Part shown: positions 8,090 to 17,539 of the stretch, in pieces
Numbering within the stretch: the stretch's first letter is position 1
How the letters are laid out: every line of letters starts with the position of its first letter
Virus record (IMG/VR): IMGVR_UViG_3300033150_000846
Span: 276 to 64,275 of that record
Length of the DNA: 64,000 bases
Strand: one strand, 5' to 3'
Source of the DNA: a virus
Taxonomy: Duplodnaviria; Caudoviricetes
Notes under the pieces: generated by a model
Database searches by the model: none
What the model was told of the DNA's origin: nothing
The model's input: the letters and a program-made list of their open reading frames with translations, nothing else
Position numbers and translations under genes: made by a program

Positions 8090-8990
8090 GGCGGCTGTAC
8101 GTAGGGAGTTGATGGACTCCGGGGGAGCTTGGTGGACTGACTCTGAGCTTAACAATTACCTGGATGCTTGGCAAGACAAGGTAAATGATGAGCTTGAGTT
8201 TGTTTGGGGAACCGCGACATACGCTACTTCTTCCAGCACTTGCACTCTTACCGACATTGCCACTGATATACTAAGGCCCAGCCTTGTATATTGGGAGGCT
8301 ACTCTACTTTCTCCACTCACTACAGAGGAGCTCAGTATTATTAAGCGTGATTGGCGAAATGTGACTACTGGGGGAGTGCCTGCTGTTGTTTACCGGGAGA
8401 CGGAAGGGGAGTTCGGGTTGTGGCCTCCTCCCGACAGCACGGGCACACTTACCTTGGAGTACCCGGTCAAGCTGTCGTTTTCCACTGACACGGACACTTG
8501 TAATCTTCCTCCGTGGACGCGGTACAGTTGCGTGGATTATTGTGCGTACAGGGCCTATGCTCGGAATGGGCCGACAGCGGACATGAACCGGGCTTTGGCC
8601 TACAAAGCAGCGTTCAAGGAGCGTTTGCTGAAGTATAAGAAAGTGAAAAGGAAGTTCTTCCCGAGGCTGTACACAGGCTTTGTTGAGGCTGAAGACTTCG
8701 AGAAGAGACTTGTTAGTCCGTCGTTTGGAGGTTTAGACGTGATTGTTACCGGGCCTTCTGGTTTGGCGTTTTACGATGAGGTACCCTCTGGGACCATTAA
8801 TGGTTCAAATGATACGTTCACGCTCACTCACTCCCCCAGCCCAACAGACAGCTTGAAGCTGTTTCTGGATGGCGTGTTGCTGAAGCAAGACACTCACTAT
8901 ACGCTTAGTGGCAGCACAATTACGTTCGTTGCAGCGTATATTCCGCAGACCGGGCAGACACTGTTTGCTAGCTACAGATACTCTACGTAG
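8058..8990 (+). CDS. Head-tail adaptor-like protein with C-terminal beta-sandwich domain
   Basis: WTDSELNNYL N-terminus and LWPPPD motif; C-terminal GTINGSNDTFTL...YTLSGSTITF repeat type; TGCTATAAT at 8041. Confidence 0.65.
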   Translation: MALQWTRSELRAAVRRELMDSGGAWWTDSELNNYLDAWQDKVNDELEFVWGTATYATSSSTCTLTDIATDILRPSLVYWEATLLSPLTTEELSIIKRDWRNVTTGGVPAVVYRETEGEFGLWPPPDSTGTLTLEYPVKLSFSTDTDTCNLPPWTRYSCVDYCAYRAYARNGPTADMNRALAYKAAFKERLLKYKKVKRKFFPRLYTGFVEAEDFEKRLVSPSFGGLDVIVTGPSGLAFYDEVPSGTINGSNDTFTLTHSPSPTDSLKLFLDGVLLKQDTHYTLSGSTITFVAAYIPQTGQTLFASYRYST

Positions 8991-8998
8991 GGGGCGTT

Positions 8999-9658
8999 AT
9001 GAGTCTTGTTACGGATGTACAGGAAATTTTGGGGGAAGCCGGTGGTGCGACGTTCTGGACCAAGGACCATATTTACGATGCTTTGAATGACGCGCTGTTT
9101 GACGAGTATACGCTGGACCACAATAGTGTTGTCGTTGGGACCAGTATTTGCTCTGCGGGGAATCCATGGATGAATATTCCCAGCAACGTGATGATTCCCC
9201 AAACAATCAGCTATAATGGGCAGGACTATTGGCCTACCACGTATGCCGAGTTGGAGAGGTATTCGAGTACGTGGAAGGGGGAGACGGCTGACCGGCCTAT
9301 TGCGTTTGTCCCCGTGTCATGGAACGTTCTTCGTGTTTGGCCGGTACCGGATGCGCGATATGAGTTCATTGTTAGGGGAGTTCCATGGCCTGCTGAGATT
9401 GCGGCTGGCACGGAAGATGTAGCATTGAACTCTATTTGCAAGAGAGCGATTGAGCTAAAAGCTGCCTCCAGGTTGGTCAGGAATACACTTCCTTTGTTCG
9501 CTAGAATGTGGGAGGCGGAGGCCCTCGAAGAAAAAGCCAAGTGGAAGAAGCATCAACGTAACAGGAGAGGGAAGTTTCGCTTTAACCGGCTGCGACCAGT
9601 AACCAACTATACTGTTGGTCAGCGTGGAGCTATATCAGTAATTAAGAGTTGGAGCTAG
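8999..9658 (+). CDS. Second adaptor-like protein, paralogue of the preceding gene
   Basis: FWTKDHIYDALN and LRVWPVPD mirror motifs of 8058-8990. Confidence 0.6.
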   Translation: MSLVTDVQEILGEAGGATFWTKDHIYDALNDALFDEYTLDHNSVVVGTSICSAGNPWMNIPSNVMIPQTISYNGQDYWPTTYAELERYSSTWKGETADRPIAFVPVSWNVLRVWPVPDARYEFIVRGVPWPAEIAAGTEDVALNSICKRAIELKAASRLVRNTLPLFARMWEAEALEEKAKWKKHQRNRRGKFRFNRLRPVTNYTVGQRGAISVIKSWS

Positions 9659-12600
9659 GCGTGAAAAGAGAACAGCATTTGGTTGTGTTCAACAAAGTCA
9701 ACTCTCGTGCTGCCGAGCATCTTCTCGCTGAGGACGAGGTAGCAACTGCTACTAACGTTGACTTTGCAATGGGGGCTGGCGGGGCACGTGTGAGAAGGGG
9801 GAGTTGGAAGCGGTACACTGCCGGAACCGGAACAGTCACCCAGTTGTACAGACACTATGACTTGGGTTTGGGCAGTGACTCCAGGGTGTTTGCGATTAGT
9901 GGGAAGGATTTGTACCAAGGCTACACTGGGACGTTCAGCCTGGTGCAGAGTGGCGGGCTCAATGATGCTAATGGCATTACGTCGTATGGGAACCGAGTAT
10001 ATGTGTCTCTTACACCTGGAGGCAGTTCTGTAGCTGTTGATACTGACGGGTCTGCTGTGCCTTGGCCGCCGGGAGCTCCGTCTGGCGCTCCTACAATCGG
10101 AAGTTCTACTCTTACTCCACTGACCGTAGTTTCGACAATGACGGTCGAGGAGGGTACAGACGGGGGAGCAACTTCCGGAACATCTACAGGGACTACTGAC
10201 GCCACTACATTGAGGCTCGAATTCAGGCACGTTCCCGGCACTAGCGACTTGTCGGTTAATGGCACACACACGATAGGGGATTATGGCATTCATGGAGTAT
10301 CGCTGAAAATCAGCGATCCTGCCAAGGTCGTGAAGGTGTCCCAAGACTATTCTATTGGGGATGCAACCTTCACGAACTTTTGGCACACTGAAATGGATGT
10401 TTTGTTGGAGTACAAGAGTCTGGCTGACCCGGAGACTCTCGTGGACTCTCTGTTGCAGAGCGACACTGGGACAGCGGTGAATGCCGACCAGCGCGAGGCA
10501 ATGGTCAGCATTGCGAGGGACGCTGTTCGGGTTCCTGTGTCCCATGTGGCTGCCGCCAAGGACTCTTGGACGGTCTGGAAAACAATGAGACCGGATTTTA
10601 AATTGATTGGGGAAGGCGGCTCATGGAGTAATATTGGGGCGGTTCGGATCGTTATTGAAGCGCGGGACCTTGTCACTGTTGAGCTTACCGACTTCAACAT
10701 ATCAGGGGCCGAGGACTACCCGCTCAACGATGCTAATGTGGGGTATGCATATTGGGAGACCTGGGTAGAGAAGGACTCTGACGGTAACATTATTAGTGAG
10801 AGTGCCCCAAGCCCTGTGAGTGGTCGAGTGAAGATGCAGTATGCTCAGGCCACCGCAACATTTACCGACACTGCTCCAGCAACTCCTTACACGCACAGAA
10901 TATTGTATGCTCAGGGCGGGTACATGCAGCAGCCTTACGCAGTGGCGACGGTTACCGGCACTGCAACCACCGCAGTCCATAACATAACGGACGTGACGGC
11001 GATTAGTCGGGGGCGGCCCTTGGATACAGGGGTTTTGTCCGCTCTCTACAACAACATAACTGTTGCAAGCAAGCCCTTCCTCAACAGAATATTTCTTGGC
11101 CACATTAACGAGTTGATGTGGACGGTGCCTGGAAAGCCCAACACTATCCTTACCGGCAATAGTGCCACAGTAAGTCACAAAGGAGACCCAATCAGAGCAA
11201 TCATTCCCTGGGCATCTACCCTAGTCATTGTCAATAGGGACACGATTTATGAGATGCATGGAAATGTCTTTGAAGGGAGAGGACAAGACTGGGTGCTGCA
11301 CAAGACAGCGGCACGTCGAGGGAGCCTGGCCTTCAACTCTGCAATCGAAACTCCTTACGGAATTCCTCTGGTTGGATTTGATGGGCTGTACTTCTATATT
11401 CCGGGGCAAGGCATTGAGCAATCGATTGGGTGGATTACCGAGGCGCTTAAGGATGCATGGGAGGGTGTGGAGATTACTGACCCAGGCACACTGAAAGGGG
11501 GCAGAATTCCGGTCATCAACTCTTACATCTTTAATGCTGTTACCGCCTTCGGCGATGAGAGGCTATACTTGGCGGTACCGACCGGCACCGATCAATATCC
11601 AAAGACTCTGTTTGTAATAGACTTTAAGAGTCAGCGGGTGTGGTGGTACACGTACCCATTCTCGATCTATTCACTGTTTTGGGACGCTATTAACAAAGAG
11701 GTGATTGCAGGCTCCTCAAATGGAGCTATACTCAAGCTTGAAGGAGCGTCGCAAGACACGACGCCTGACGGCACTGTTACACCCATTTCGTGGTTGGTCA
11801 AGACCAAGAAGTGGACAACTCCTTCCGACCTTGTGCTGGAGAATGTACAGGTGGAGTACGAGGGAACAGGGGTCGCTGTCCACGCGTACATTGATGGTAC
11901 AACCACCATGACGTTGGGCACCCTTACCAGTGCAGAGCGCACGTGGGACACTTTGCCGTTTCACGGGACGGTCGGGAACTCTTTGCAGTTTAAGTTTAGT
12001 GGGTTGAGGAATTTTGATGGGGACTGTTGTGTGTATGGGGTGAGTTGGGAAGCCCTTGTTGAGCCGCCCCGCGTAAAGTACTACAAGACTGACTACTTCA
12101 ACAACGGTAACGATGGGGAGAAGCGCTGGATTGCAGACTTGACCAAGATCGAAATTCCAGGAACCTCTACGGTGACGAAAGTCAGCTATGTTGACGGCGT
12201 TGCCAAAATGACCAGTACGTTCACCGGCCCGACGAGCGGTCAGCACGTGTTTGTCAACAATTTCCCGAACGAGACATATGGCAACATAGCGTATGGCACT
12301 CTTACTGGTAATGGCGAGTTTAAAGTGTGGGACACGCAGATGGCCGCTGAAAACGAGCCTCTTCCAGTCACCTCCTGGAAGACCGACGTTACGTCCCTTG
12401 AAGAGAATATTGTAGACGCCTTTGACTGTGACATAAACCCAGGTGGTGGTACAGTGTACGGGACGTGCTTCGTCGATAACACTGCTGTCAGCACTGGCAC
12501 TTTTACTGGCACAAAGAGACAGTCCTACACATGGAAGCTCCCCGTTGAGACCTACGGCAGAACTGTCTATGTGTTGTACAGTGTTGCTTCCGGGGGTACC

Positions 12601-13596
12601 TTTAAGCATTACAATACGTGGTTTCATCTTCGGCCACAGCCGGACAGATGGACCAACTATGTAACAGACAAAATTTCCGGAAACGAGCAAAGATTCGAGA
12701 GGCACGAGTGTATTCTAGATCCTCTTGGGAACACTGTGTACGGGACGGCTTACGTTGATGGGACGGCAGTGAGCACGTTCACTTACACCGGCACTGGGCA
12801 AACCTCTTTTGTGAATGCGTTTCCTGCTGACACGTATGGGCGCACCAGCTATACTATTTACAATGTGGCTAGTGGCCGCTTCAAACACTACAAGACATGG
12901 GTAGAGGGTCAGCCTGAGCCGGACAGGGTGGACAAACACACGGAAATCATTACTCTGCCCACAAAATCAAACCTAAAGACTTGGCTGGCCGAGCTCAACC
13001 CCCTCAACCAAACTGTGACAGGAACAGCCTACCTGGATGGCACAGCCATAAGCACAGCAACGTTTGGCAGCGGGGTTCGTAAGGTTTTCAGTGTTGCTCT
13101 TGATTTGGATGGTTTGCACACTGTTCAGGCAGGCCATGCTGTAGAAATCAGGTATAATTGTGCTTCGGGCGTGTTTAAGCACTACAAGACTCGGCTGGAG
13201 GCTGAAGAGAAGCCCTTTGGTAAGAAACAATGGGCAATGACGTACAAGAAGGTAGGTGGGGCGACCTCCCTTGACCTTTTGCGGTATTGGCACTTGGATG
13301 CTGAAGCGGAGGGAACGGCTACTATTACCAGTGTGTGGGACGTTGATGGTACTAGTACGCACACACAGACGCACACCTTGACAGGGAGAGAGCGTCTGTC
13401 GGACATGAGCTTTCCTCCTGGAGTCAGGGCACGCATTTGTCAGGTTAGATTGTGGAGCTCGGAGAACTTTGAAGTGTACAAGAGTGAGCTCGACATTATG
13501 CGGGTTGGTGTGAAGGGCTTTAGTCGAGTGACTGTCCCTGGTACGCCGGTTGAGCAGAAAGTTTTGGTGGGTGAGGAGCGTTTGATCAATGGGTAG
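9649..13596 (+). CDS. Tail tube or stabilisation protein (tail tubular B / P22 gp10-like, extended); start may be GTG 9661
   Basis: Large beta-rich protein after the adaptors, with propeller-like segments and several C-terminal repeats (FPxETYG...FKHY..W...PEP). Confidence 0.65.
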   Translation: MELGVKREQHLVVFNKVNSRAAEHLLAEDEVATATNVDFAMGAGGARVRRGSWKRYTAGTGTVTQLYRHYDLGLGSDSRVFAISGKDLYQGYTGTFSLVQSGGLNDANGITSYGNRVYVSLTPGGSSVAVDTDGSAVPWPPGAPSGAPTIGSSTLTPLTVVSTMTVEEGTDGGATSGTSTGTTDATTLRLEFRHVPGTSDLSVNGTHTIGDYGIHGVSLKISDPAKVVKVSQDYSIGDATFTNFWHTEMDVLLEYKSLADPETLVDSLLQSDTGTAVNADQREAMVSIARDAVRVPVSHVAAAKDSWTVWKTMRPDFKLIGEGGSWSNIGAVRIVIEARDLVTVELTDFNISGAEDYPLNDANVGYAYWETWVEKDSDGNIISESAPSPVSGRVKMQYAQATATFTDTAPATPYTHRILYAQGGYMQQPYAVATVTGTATTAVHNITDVTAISRGRPLDTGVLSALYNNITVASKPFLNRIFLGHINELMWTVPGKPNTILTGNSATVSHKGDPIRAIIPWASTLVIVNRDTIYEMHGNVFEGRGQDWVLHKTAARRGSLAFNSAIETPYGIPLVGFDGLYFYIPGQGIEQSIGWITEALKDAWEGVEITDPGTLKGGRIPVINSYIFNAVTAFGDERLYLAVPTGTDQYPKTLFVIDFKSQRVWWYTYPFSIYSLFWDAINKEVIAGSSNGAILKLEGASQDTTPDGTVTPISWLVKTKKWTTPSDLVLENVQVEYEGTGVAVHAYIDGTTTMTLGTLTSAERTWDTLPFHGTVGNSLQFKFSGLRNFDGDCCVYGVSWEALVEPPRVKYYKTDYFNNGNDGEKRWIADLTKIEIPGTSTVTKVSYVDGVAKMTSTFTGPTSGQHVFVNNFPNETYGNIAYGTLTGNGEFKVWDTQMAAENEPLPVTSWKTDVTSLEENIVDAFDCDINPGGGTVYGTCFVDNTAVSTGTFTGTKRQSYTWKLPVETYGRTVYVLYSVASGGTFKHYNTWFHLRPQPDRWTNYVTDKISGNEQRFERHECILDPLGNTVYGTAYVDGTAVSTFTYTGTGQTSFVNAFPADTYGRTSYTIYNVASGRFKHYKTWVEGQPEPDRVDKHTEIITLPTKSNLKTWLAELNPLNQTVTGTAYLDGTAISTATFGSGVRKVFSVALDLDGLHTVQAGHAVEIRYNCASGVFKHYKTRLEAEEKPFGKKQWAMTYKKVGGATSLDLLRYWHLDAEAEGTATITSVWDVDGTSTHTQTHTLTGRERLSDMSFPPGVRARICQVRLWSSENFEVYKSELDIMRVGVKGFSRVTVPGTPVEQKVLVGEERLING

Positions 13597-15205
13597 ACCG
13601 CACTTCTCCGCAAATGTACCATATGTCGAAGATATTGATGAGTTGAGGCTGCACGTCATCAATGAAATAAACCGTCTGGCTGGCGTGACTTCCGACCAGA
13701 CGTTCTATAGTGATGTGTCAGCCAACAACAACAGGCTCAAGGAGTTGGCAAACCCTGCCGGTGAATACGACGCGGTCAATCTGCACACGTTGCGGCGAGA
13801 GATTGACAAAGCCATGAAGGAGCTTTATGCGAAGCTGCACCGGCCCAACTTGGGGAAAGCGTTTCGGTACAATGACGAGGAGTTTGAGGTAGTCCCTGGA
13901 GGCTTCACTATTAAAGGCGTCGATATGACGAAGGCTTTCAACTTCGACACCGACATCTTTGGAAACACCGTAGACTTTACGATCCTCAACGAAGCCATCA
14001 AAGAAGACCACATTGCGGCTGGTGCAGTTACGACTTTGAAGTTGACGACGCAGGAAATTAACATTGGGTATGGCGGCAATGACATGCCGGTCCGCCTGCG
14101 AATCTATGATGCTGCGAATAACCCAATTGCTTGGATCGGTGATGACTCTGCTGACCATGGTGGCGACACGGATTACGTAGGGGCTTGGTTTAAGAGAGTG
14201 CTGTTTGGCGGGGACGGTACTATGGCCAACATGAAGGCGTTTGCCGATGCCAACGGCAACTTCGTGTTGAAGAGTGTTTGGGTATATGATGCTCTTGGGA
14301 CTGTTGGTTGGATCGGCCATAGGCAAATATCTTCGGTTGATTACTATGGGGGTTGGTTTAAAGAACTCTATATTGGCGGGACCGACCCAGCTAGTGCAAA
14401 GATCTATGCTGACGGTACCGGCAATGTTAGCATTGACGGTGCCACATTTACCCTTACAGCCAACGATATTACGACAACCATAGATCATAGCAGTTACGGC
14501 GGAGCTTATCATGGGGTTAGAGTATCGGCTTCTACTGGACCTGCGTATACCAGTAGCATTACACCTACTGGATTTTCCCTATTCAACGGAAGTACCCAAA
14601 CACGCGGTTATTTGTATCTTGATACTGCTACTGATGCAGGTAGACTTGCATTAAAAGATACCAATAATGTTGAGAGGGTCGTCTTATTTGCTGGGGCTGG
14701 TGCTGGTAACGATAGTCTTTATTGCTATAGGGATGCCACCATTGGAGGTGAGCTTACAGCAGCGTCAATTGCAGCCCAACCAACTGTTGGAGTTTATAAG
14801 CTTGGCGTTAACACCGTTATTGACGCCAGTGGTAATGTATCTAATCTTAATAATGTTACCCTTGGAGGCAATATTAATGCAACTGGATATGTTAACACTT
14901 CTGATGTCTACAAGATGGATGGTATTGAGATTGTTAACACCAGTAGGCAGTTCACTGGGGGTGGGATTGCAACTAACAATGGTATTGGCTGTACTGGCTT
15001 GAACATCTACACGAGCTACCCCAGTAGCTATGTTAATGTAATTGGTTCGAGTGGTGAGATAAAGCCCAGGTACTTCGGCGCTTCTAGCAGGCCCACCTTG
15101 TCGGATGGAGAAGGAGCTTTTTGGTGGGATTCTGCGAACAGCAAGTTTTATTGGCTGGCCCGAGTAGGCAGCAACTACTTCAAGGTTGAAATGCCTTTAG
15201 CATAG
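13589..15205 (+). CDS. Tail fibre-like protein
   Basis: Gly/Thr-rich beta repeats; LANPAGEYDAVN fibre motif. Confidence 0.65.
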   Translation: MGRPHFSANVPYVEDIDELRLHVINEINRLAGVTSDQTFYSDVSANNNRLKELANPAGEYDAVNLHTLRREIDKAMKELYAKLHRPNLGKAFRYNDEEFEVVPGGFTIKGVDMTKAFNFDTDIFGNTVDFTILNEAIKEDHIAAGAVTTLKLTTQEINIGYGGNDMPVRLRIYDAANNPIAWIGDDSADHGGDTDYVGAWFKRVLFGGDGTMANMKAFADANGNFVLKSVWVYDALGTVGWIGHRQISSVDYYGGWFKELYIGGTDPASAKIYADGTGNVSIDGATFTLTANDITTTIDHSSYGGAYHGVRVSASTGPAYTSSITPTGFSLFNGSTQTRGYLYLDTATDAGRLALKDTNNVERVVLFAGAGAGNDSLYCYRDATIGGELTAASIAAQPTVGVYKLGVNTVIDASGNVSNLNNVTLGGNINATGYVNTSDVYKMDGIEIVNTSRQFTGGGIATNNGIGCTGLNIYTSYPSSYVNVIGSSGEIKPRYFGASSRPTLSDGEGAFWWDSANSKFYWLARVGSNYFKVEMPLA

Positions 15206-15211
15206 TAGAGT

Positions 15212-15808
15212 ATGAAAATGCGAGTGATTAGTGGAACAACCGTAGATATAATCGAGCCCTTTCCTGAAGGGCAATACAGTCGCCTTTGGCGATGGACCAA
15301 GATGACGAAGATGATTACGGCTCTCGATGGGTCTCCCCAATCGGAGAAGGACTTCATAGAGTTCATGAAGAACACTTCTCCATTCTGTCGCTCCTTTGGG
15401 GTGATCGACAAGAACAATGAGCTAGGGCTTAGACACGAGGCTCCGATTATCGGGTTTGTAATGTTCGAGCCGATGCCGCCTTGCTCGTTGTATGCTCACA
15501 TAGCGTCAAGCCGCAGGGCCTGGGGAACAGGCCTTATGGAGGAAGCAGCCAAACTTGCCATTGACGAAGTGTTTAAGACAGAGCCAGGAGCTCTTAGAGT
15601 AAGCGCGGCAATTCCTGCTTTTAACAAGAGGGCCATTGAGTTTGCCAAGAAGGTAGGTATGCACAAAGATGGGTTCTTTTTGAAGGCAGCAACCATAAAG
15701 GGCAAACCAATCAATATCGTGCATTTTGGTATAATAAGAGAAGACAAAAAGGAGACAGAGGAAGATGGCGTCAGCACTGGTAGGGATAGCGAAGCCCTTG
15801 ATAGGTAG
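15212..15808 (+). CDS. GNAT-family acetyltransferase-like tail assembly protein
   Basis: AWGTGL acetyl-CoA motif and FNKRAIEFAKKVGM; position before the ejection genes as in podoviruses. Confidence 0.75.
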   Translation: MKMRVISGTTVDIIEPFPEGQYSRLWRWTKMTKMITALDGSPQSEKDFIEFMKNTSPFCRSFGVIDKNNELGLRHEAPIIGFVMFEPMPPCSLYAHIASSRRAWGTGLMEEAAKLAIDEVFKTEPGALRVSAAIPAFNKRAIEFAKKVGMHKDGFFLKAATIKGKPINIVHFGIIREDKKETEEDGVSTGRDSEALDR

Positions 15809-16526
15809 TGCTTTAGGGGGTTTGTTCGGCAGTCGGCCTAGCCGCAGCACTCAAACAGTGGAGAGCCGCAAGAAGGCTACTGTGTCCAGCAAGGAGGCCA
15901 GTCGAGGGCAATCCCTCTTGGACTCGATGTTCAAGAACTTGATGCTTCCGGTCGAGGACCCCTTGATGGCCCAGTTTCGGCGAAGTTTGCTCCCATTGAT
16001 GGCAGAAGAGTATACGCGCATCCAAAAACCGATTTATGGAGAAGGGGAAATTGCGTCCCAGCTCCAAGATATAGGGAGACAGTACAGCGGTGCTTCAGAC
16101 TTGATTCTCAGTAAGCTGGCTAGTGTCGGGGCTCTTGGGTCCGGTCGTTCAGTCCAGGCGTTGACCGACATTGGTTTGGGAGAGGCCGGAGCAAAGGCCG
16201 CTTTCCTTTCCGGTCTTCCAATGAAGGAAGAGTTAGCGAGACGATCGGGGTTAGGCCAGATCTTCTCGCTGATGACCGGGCTTACTGGACGTGCTCCAAT
16301 TGGGCAAGTCGGTACCGGCACCCAAAAGCAAGCTCGTGAAATGACTACTACTACCGAAGCTCAGAGAATCGCCGAGGAAGAAGCTCAAGAGCGCCAAACG
16401 ACTTCTGCTGCCTCGGGCGGGTTCTGGCGCAACTTTGCTGGCAACATTGCCAAAGGAATGGGCATGGGCGAATTTGACCCGGCCTTTGAGAGCCTGTCTA
16501 ATCTGATGTTTGGGAACGAGCCCTAA
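15765..16526 (+). CDS. Internal virion (ejection) protein
   Basis: Gly/Ala-rich amphipathic N-terminus (IGSALGGLFG); synteny. Confidence 0.65.
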   Translation: MASALVGIAKPLIGSALGGLFGSRPSRSTQTVESRKKATVSSKEASRGQSLLDSMFKNLMLPVEDPLMAQFRRSLLPLMAEEYTRIQKPIYGEGEIASQLQDIGRQYSGASDLILSKLASVGALGSGRSVQALTDIGLGEAGAKAAFLSGLPMKEELARRSGLGQIFSLMTGLTGRAPIGQVGTGTQKQAREMTTTTEAQRIAEEEAQERQTTSAASGGFWRNFAGNIAKGMGMGEFDPAFESLSNLMFGNEP

Positions 16527-16537
16527 GGAGGATAATC

Positions 16538-17536
16538 ATGGGAGCTTCTCCATTTCCATATTTCGATGCACGAGAAAAGATTCTTCAGCGGCAAGCAGCG
16601 GCAGCAGAAGCACTGAAGCAGCGGGAGTTCGAGGCCGCCGAAAAGGAGAAAGACCGCAAGCAAAGAGCCGAAGAGTTTGCAAAAACCTTCTCGCTCCGGG
16701 AGAGGCAAGCCAAGCTGGAGGAAGAGCGCTTTGGTCTTGAGAAGAAACGGACAAAGGCTACCATTGACTACACCAAGGCAATGACCCAAAATCTCAAAGA
16801 CCAAAAATCTAAGCTCATGCTTGACATCGGCAAAGAGGTTACAGCAGGTAACATTGTCAGAGTTGAGCCTGAGACTCCTGGAGCGTATTCCATAGATGGC
16901 GTGTGGTACAGGCCAGCTAAGCCTCAAGAGAAGACGGAGCAGGCAATTCGTCAAAGACGCCAGCTTGAACTGGCTGCTGAAGCGGACTGGAAAATTAAGG
17001 CTTTCTCTTTGGCTAAGACCGGGGCTGTTCCCGAGGAGGTAGCGGCCGTTTTGCCGTTTGTCGGAGAGAAGATCGGCCTTGCCATCCTGTCAAGTACCAT
17101 GGCGGCTTCCCTCAGCCCAAGCAATATGTACCAATTCGTCAGTTCACTGACAAAGAAACTTGAAACAGGCAAGATGACGATGGACGAGGTCCGAAACACC
17201 TTGGGCATCTTTCGCCAAGTCAGTGAGGCTGCCACCGCGCAACCAGGATCCGTAGAGTATCTCAAGAACCGAAACAGGATACTTGAGTTTCAAATTGAGA
17301 AATACGAGGTATTGCCGAAGGTGTCGCAGTTAGTGTTCTCAATGGTCAGCCCCAGCCCCAAAGACCCTAACTACAACAAGATCATCGGTTCCGCTGTAGG
17401 CGAGCTTATGAGGAAGGGCAAAATAACGGAGCGGGAAGCCGGAATCTTCATGCATGACTTGTTTGAGAAAACCCGGATTACTCCAGGAGACTTCATGGAC
17501 GCCATGATGGGGAAGATGCGCTTCCAAGGTGAATAA
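16538..17536 (+). CDS. Internal virion (ejection) protein
   Basis: Coiled coil; AAGGAGG SD; synteny. Confidence 0.6.
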   Translation: MGASPFPYFDAREKILQRQAAAAEALKQREFEAAEKEKDRKQRAEEFAKTFSLRERQAKLEEERFGLEKKRTKATIDYTKAMTQNLKDQKSKLMLDIGKEVTAGNIVRVEPETPGAYSIDGVWYRPAKPQEKTEQAIRQRRQLELAAEADWKIKAFSLAKTGAVPEEVAAVLPFVGEKIGLAILSSTMAASLSPSNMYQFVSSLTKKLETGKMTMDEVRNTLGIFRQVSEAATAQPGSVEYLKNRNRILEFQIEKYEVLPKVSQLVFSMVSPSPKDPNYNKIIGSAVGELMRKGKITEREAGIFMHDLFEKTRITPGDFMDAMMGKMRFQGE

Positions 17537-17539
17537 GAG

